The notes under the pieces are model-generated. The model was not told the DNA's origin and did not search any database. It was given only the letters and a program-made list of their open reading frames with translations. Shown piece after piece: positions 60,189 to 64,000 of a DNA stretch of 64,000 nucleotides. The DNA comes from the human T2T-CHM13v2.0 reference genome, Homo sapiens. The number at the start of each line of letters is the position of its first letter. Within the stretch, counting starts at the first letter, position 1. Position numbers and translations under genes: made by a program. The DNA lies in assembly GCF_009914755.1 (NCBI RefSeq), contig NC_060948.1. One strand, written 5' to 3'.

Positions 60189-61708
60189 ACATTATGTATA
60201 TAATAATATACAGTATCATATATATAATATATATAACCTATGTATAATATTGTTTTACATCCTGCATCTTATGTTATATATATTGTATAAAATATAATAA
60301 TTGATAATATATAAGTTTTATAATTATACAATATGACATATAGTATATATTATAATTTATGACATATATAATATATGTTATATATCATATATAGAATATA
60401 TTATACGGTTAATATACGTATTAAATATAAATTATACATTATATATATTATATATAATATATCTGTTATATATAATACCCATTATGCATAATATATATAT
60501 TATGTCTATGTTATATATAGTATAGAACAACATATAATAATATATAATTGTATATATAAAATGCGACATAGAATACATATTATATTTTATAACATATGTA
60601 ATATATATTATATATTATATATTATACGTTGTATGTATAATACCTATATTAAATATATATTATATGACTATGTTATTAATTACATGTCACATGTGTTATA
60701 TATTATATATTTTACATAGAATATACCGGTTACATACAATATATACCCTGTTACCTATAATGTATAATTTATTATATGTAAAATAAAGAATGCAATATAT
60801 TATGTATAATTTATAATATACAATATGTGGAATGTGATATATATAACATATAATATATGATATACAGTATATGATATATAACATACAATATATGATTCCT
60901 AATATATATGGTATACAATATATATTTTATGATATGTATTCTATATGTTTTATATTCTGTTATATATAACTATTTGAAATTATATATAACTGTATAATAT
61001 TTTATGTAAATATGTAATATAATATATATAATTATATAATATATTATATATAACTATATATTATGTTATATATACTTTTATAACATAATTTACATAAAAT
61101 ATCATAACATAATATATATTATATTATTTCATATTAAATAATATATATTACATATCACCCAATATAACTAACATACATAATATTATAATATAGATTATAT
61201 TATGTTATATTAAATATCATATATATCATGTATCATATATTCTATAATATATATTACACATTATATAATATGTATGTTGTCTATTATGTGATATATATAA
61301 CTATATATATAATTATATTTTTATACATATAACTACATAAACATGTAATTCTACATATTTTCATTTATAATATGTAGAATTATATAATCATATATAATTA
61401 TTTATATTCTATAAAAAATTTTATCATTATATAAATTATAATATATAAAAATTATAATATGTACTACAAATATATATATATTATATATCATATATGATAT
61501 AGTACCTTTGTTATATATAATATATATAAATTTGTATTATATTATCTATAATTATATAATTTCATATATAAGATGTATAATATGTATCATATATTATATA
61601 TGTTATGTAATATATATAGTATATATAAGATGACACAGGATAAATATTATATACTATGACATATAAAATATATGAGGTTATATGTTACATATAAGGCATA
61701 GCACATAA

Positions 61709-62023
<315 letters not shown>

Positions 62024-62600
62024 AGATCCATATTTTTTAAATGAAAAAAAATTTCAAAGGTACTCTGCTTGGTACAATAATCAAATGTATAAACTGAGGA
62101 ATAAAACATAACCATGAAACCTACTTATAACTGCATATGGAAAATACAGAGGATAATTTTTTAAATAACATATTTTGAAAGCCTTAACTAGTAATTTGAA
62201 GAGTTGGCATTTGAAAGGCCAGTATGAATATACCTTCAAAGCAGCAACACAGGTTCCCCATGAGAAAAAGCAAACACAGGGAAAATAAAAACACAAAGGT
62301 TCAATCTCTTCTGACCTTTGAAAGACACAGCACAGACAGGGGTCCTTAGGACGAAGAGCAGGAGACCCCTAATTCCGTCACCATGGAGATAGGGCATAAA
62401 CATTGCTGGGTGAGGGCACAATCCACATTGTGAGGTCCAACTGCTGCCAGGAAGACAGGAGTGCTTTTACATAGACCGAAAGGTCATTGAAGGCTCAGAG
62501 TTTTGTTTCAAGAACTGAATCCCAAGCCCACACGTTATTAGGCTGCGCTTCTTAAAACAAGTTATGAGATGGGAAAAAGGGCACCCACAAACATACGTAT
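62024..62600. repeat. HSATI subunit U26
   Basis: Copy of U1 segment. Confidence 0.8.
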
Positions 62601-64000
62601 ACATTATGTATATAATAATATACAGTATCATATATATAATATATATAACCTATGTATAATATTGTTTTACATCCTGCATCTTATGTTATATATATTGTAT
62701 AAAATATAATAATTGATAATATATAAGTTTTATATTTATACAATATGACATATAGTATATATTATAATTTATGGCATATATAATATATGTTATATATCAT
62801 ATATAGAATATATTATACGGTTAATATACGTATTAAATATAAATTATACATTATATATATTATATATAATATATCTGTTATATATAATACCCATTATGCA
62901 TAATATATATATTATGTCTATGTTATATATAGTATAAAACAACATATAATAATATATAATTGTATATATAAAATGCGACATATAATATATATTATATTTT
63001 ATAACATATGTAATATATATTATATATTATATATAATACGTTGTATGTTTAATACCTATATTAAATATATATTATATGACTATGTTATTAATTACATGTC
63101 ACATGTGTTATATATTATATATTTTACATAGAATATACCGGTTACATACAATATATACTATGTTACCTATAATGTATAATTTATTACATGTAAAATAAAG
63201 AATGCAATATATTATGTATAATTTATAATATACAATATGTGGAATGTGATATATATAACATATAATATATGATATATGATATACAGTATATGATATATAA
63301 CATACAATATATGATTCCTAATATATATGGTATACAATATATATTTTATGATATGTATTCTATATGTTTTATATTCTGTTATATATAACTATTTGAAATT
63401 ATATATAACTGTATAATATTTTATGTAAATATGTAATATAATATATATAACTATATAATATGTTATATATAACTATATATTATGTTATATATACTTTTAT
63501 AACATAATTTACATAAAATATCATAATATAATATATATTATATTATTTCATATTACATTATATATATTACATATCACCCAATATAACTAACATACATAAT
63601 ATTATAATATAGATTATATTGTGTTATATTAAATATCATATATATCATGTATCATATATTCTATAATATATATTACACATTATATAATATGTATGTTGTC
63701 TATTATGTGATATATATAACTATATATATAATTATATTTTTATACATATAACTAGATAAACATGTAATTCTACATATTTTCATTTATAATATGTAGAATT
63801 ATATAATCATATATAATTATTTATATTCTATAAAAAATTTTATCATTATATAAATTATAATATATAAAAATTATAATATGTACTACAAATATATATATTA
63901 TATATCATATATGATATAGTACCTTTGTAATATTTCATAATACATATAAATGTGTATTATGTTATCTATAATTATATAATTTCATATATAAGATGTATAA
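62601..64000. repeat. AT-rich subunit, partial (U27, truncated by window end)
   Basis: Same landmarks as the other AT blocks. Confidence 0.9.

Overview
The whole 64 kb window is one uninterrupted, head-to-tail tandem array of a ~2.42 kb composite satellite: 26 complete Alu+HSATI cores plus AT-rich blocks at both window edges. Unit spacing is 2410-2422 bp (mean ~2417, from the repeating ORF coordinates). Each unit on the + strand is a ~1.55 kb degenerate (TA)-rich block, then a ~292 bp diverged antisense Alu missing its first ~12 nt and carrying a 16-bp internal duplication, then a ~577 bp complex HSATI-like segment. This architecture and the predicted 2144-bp HaeIII fragment match human DYZ2/HSat1B, most likely Yq12 heterochromatin; smaller HSat1B arrays exist on acrocentrics and the location cannot be proven here. 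No credible genes, RNA genes, CRISPR arrays, inversions, DYZ1 (TTCCA) junctions or new insertions were seen, and all ORFs are repeat artefacts. I cannot support a new biological system. The notable signal is the array's internal evolutionary record (variant blocks, incipient dimeric higher-order repeats, mosaic units, doublet substitutions, a left-to-right divergence gradient) plus speculative periodic Pol III and HMG-box motifs. Units are numbered U1-U26 by their Alu; 'AT block of Un' means the block preceding that Alu. All variant calls were read by eye.
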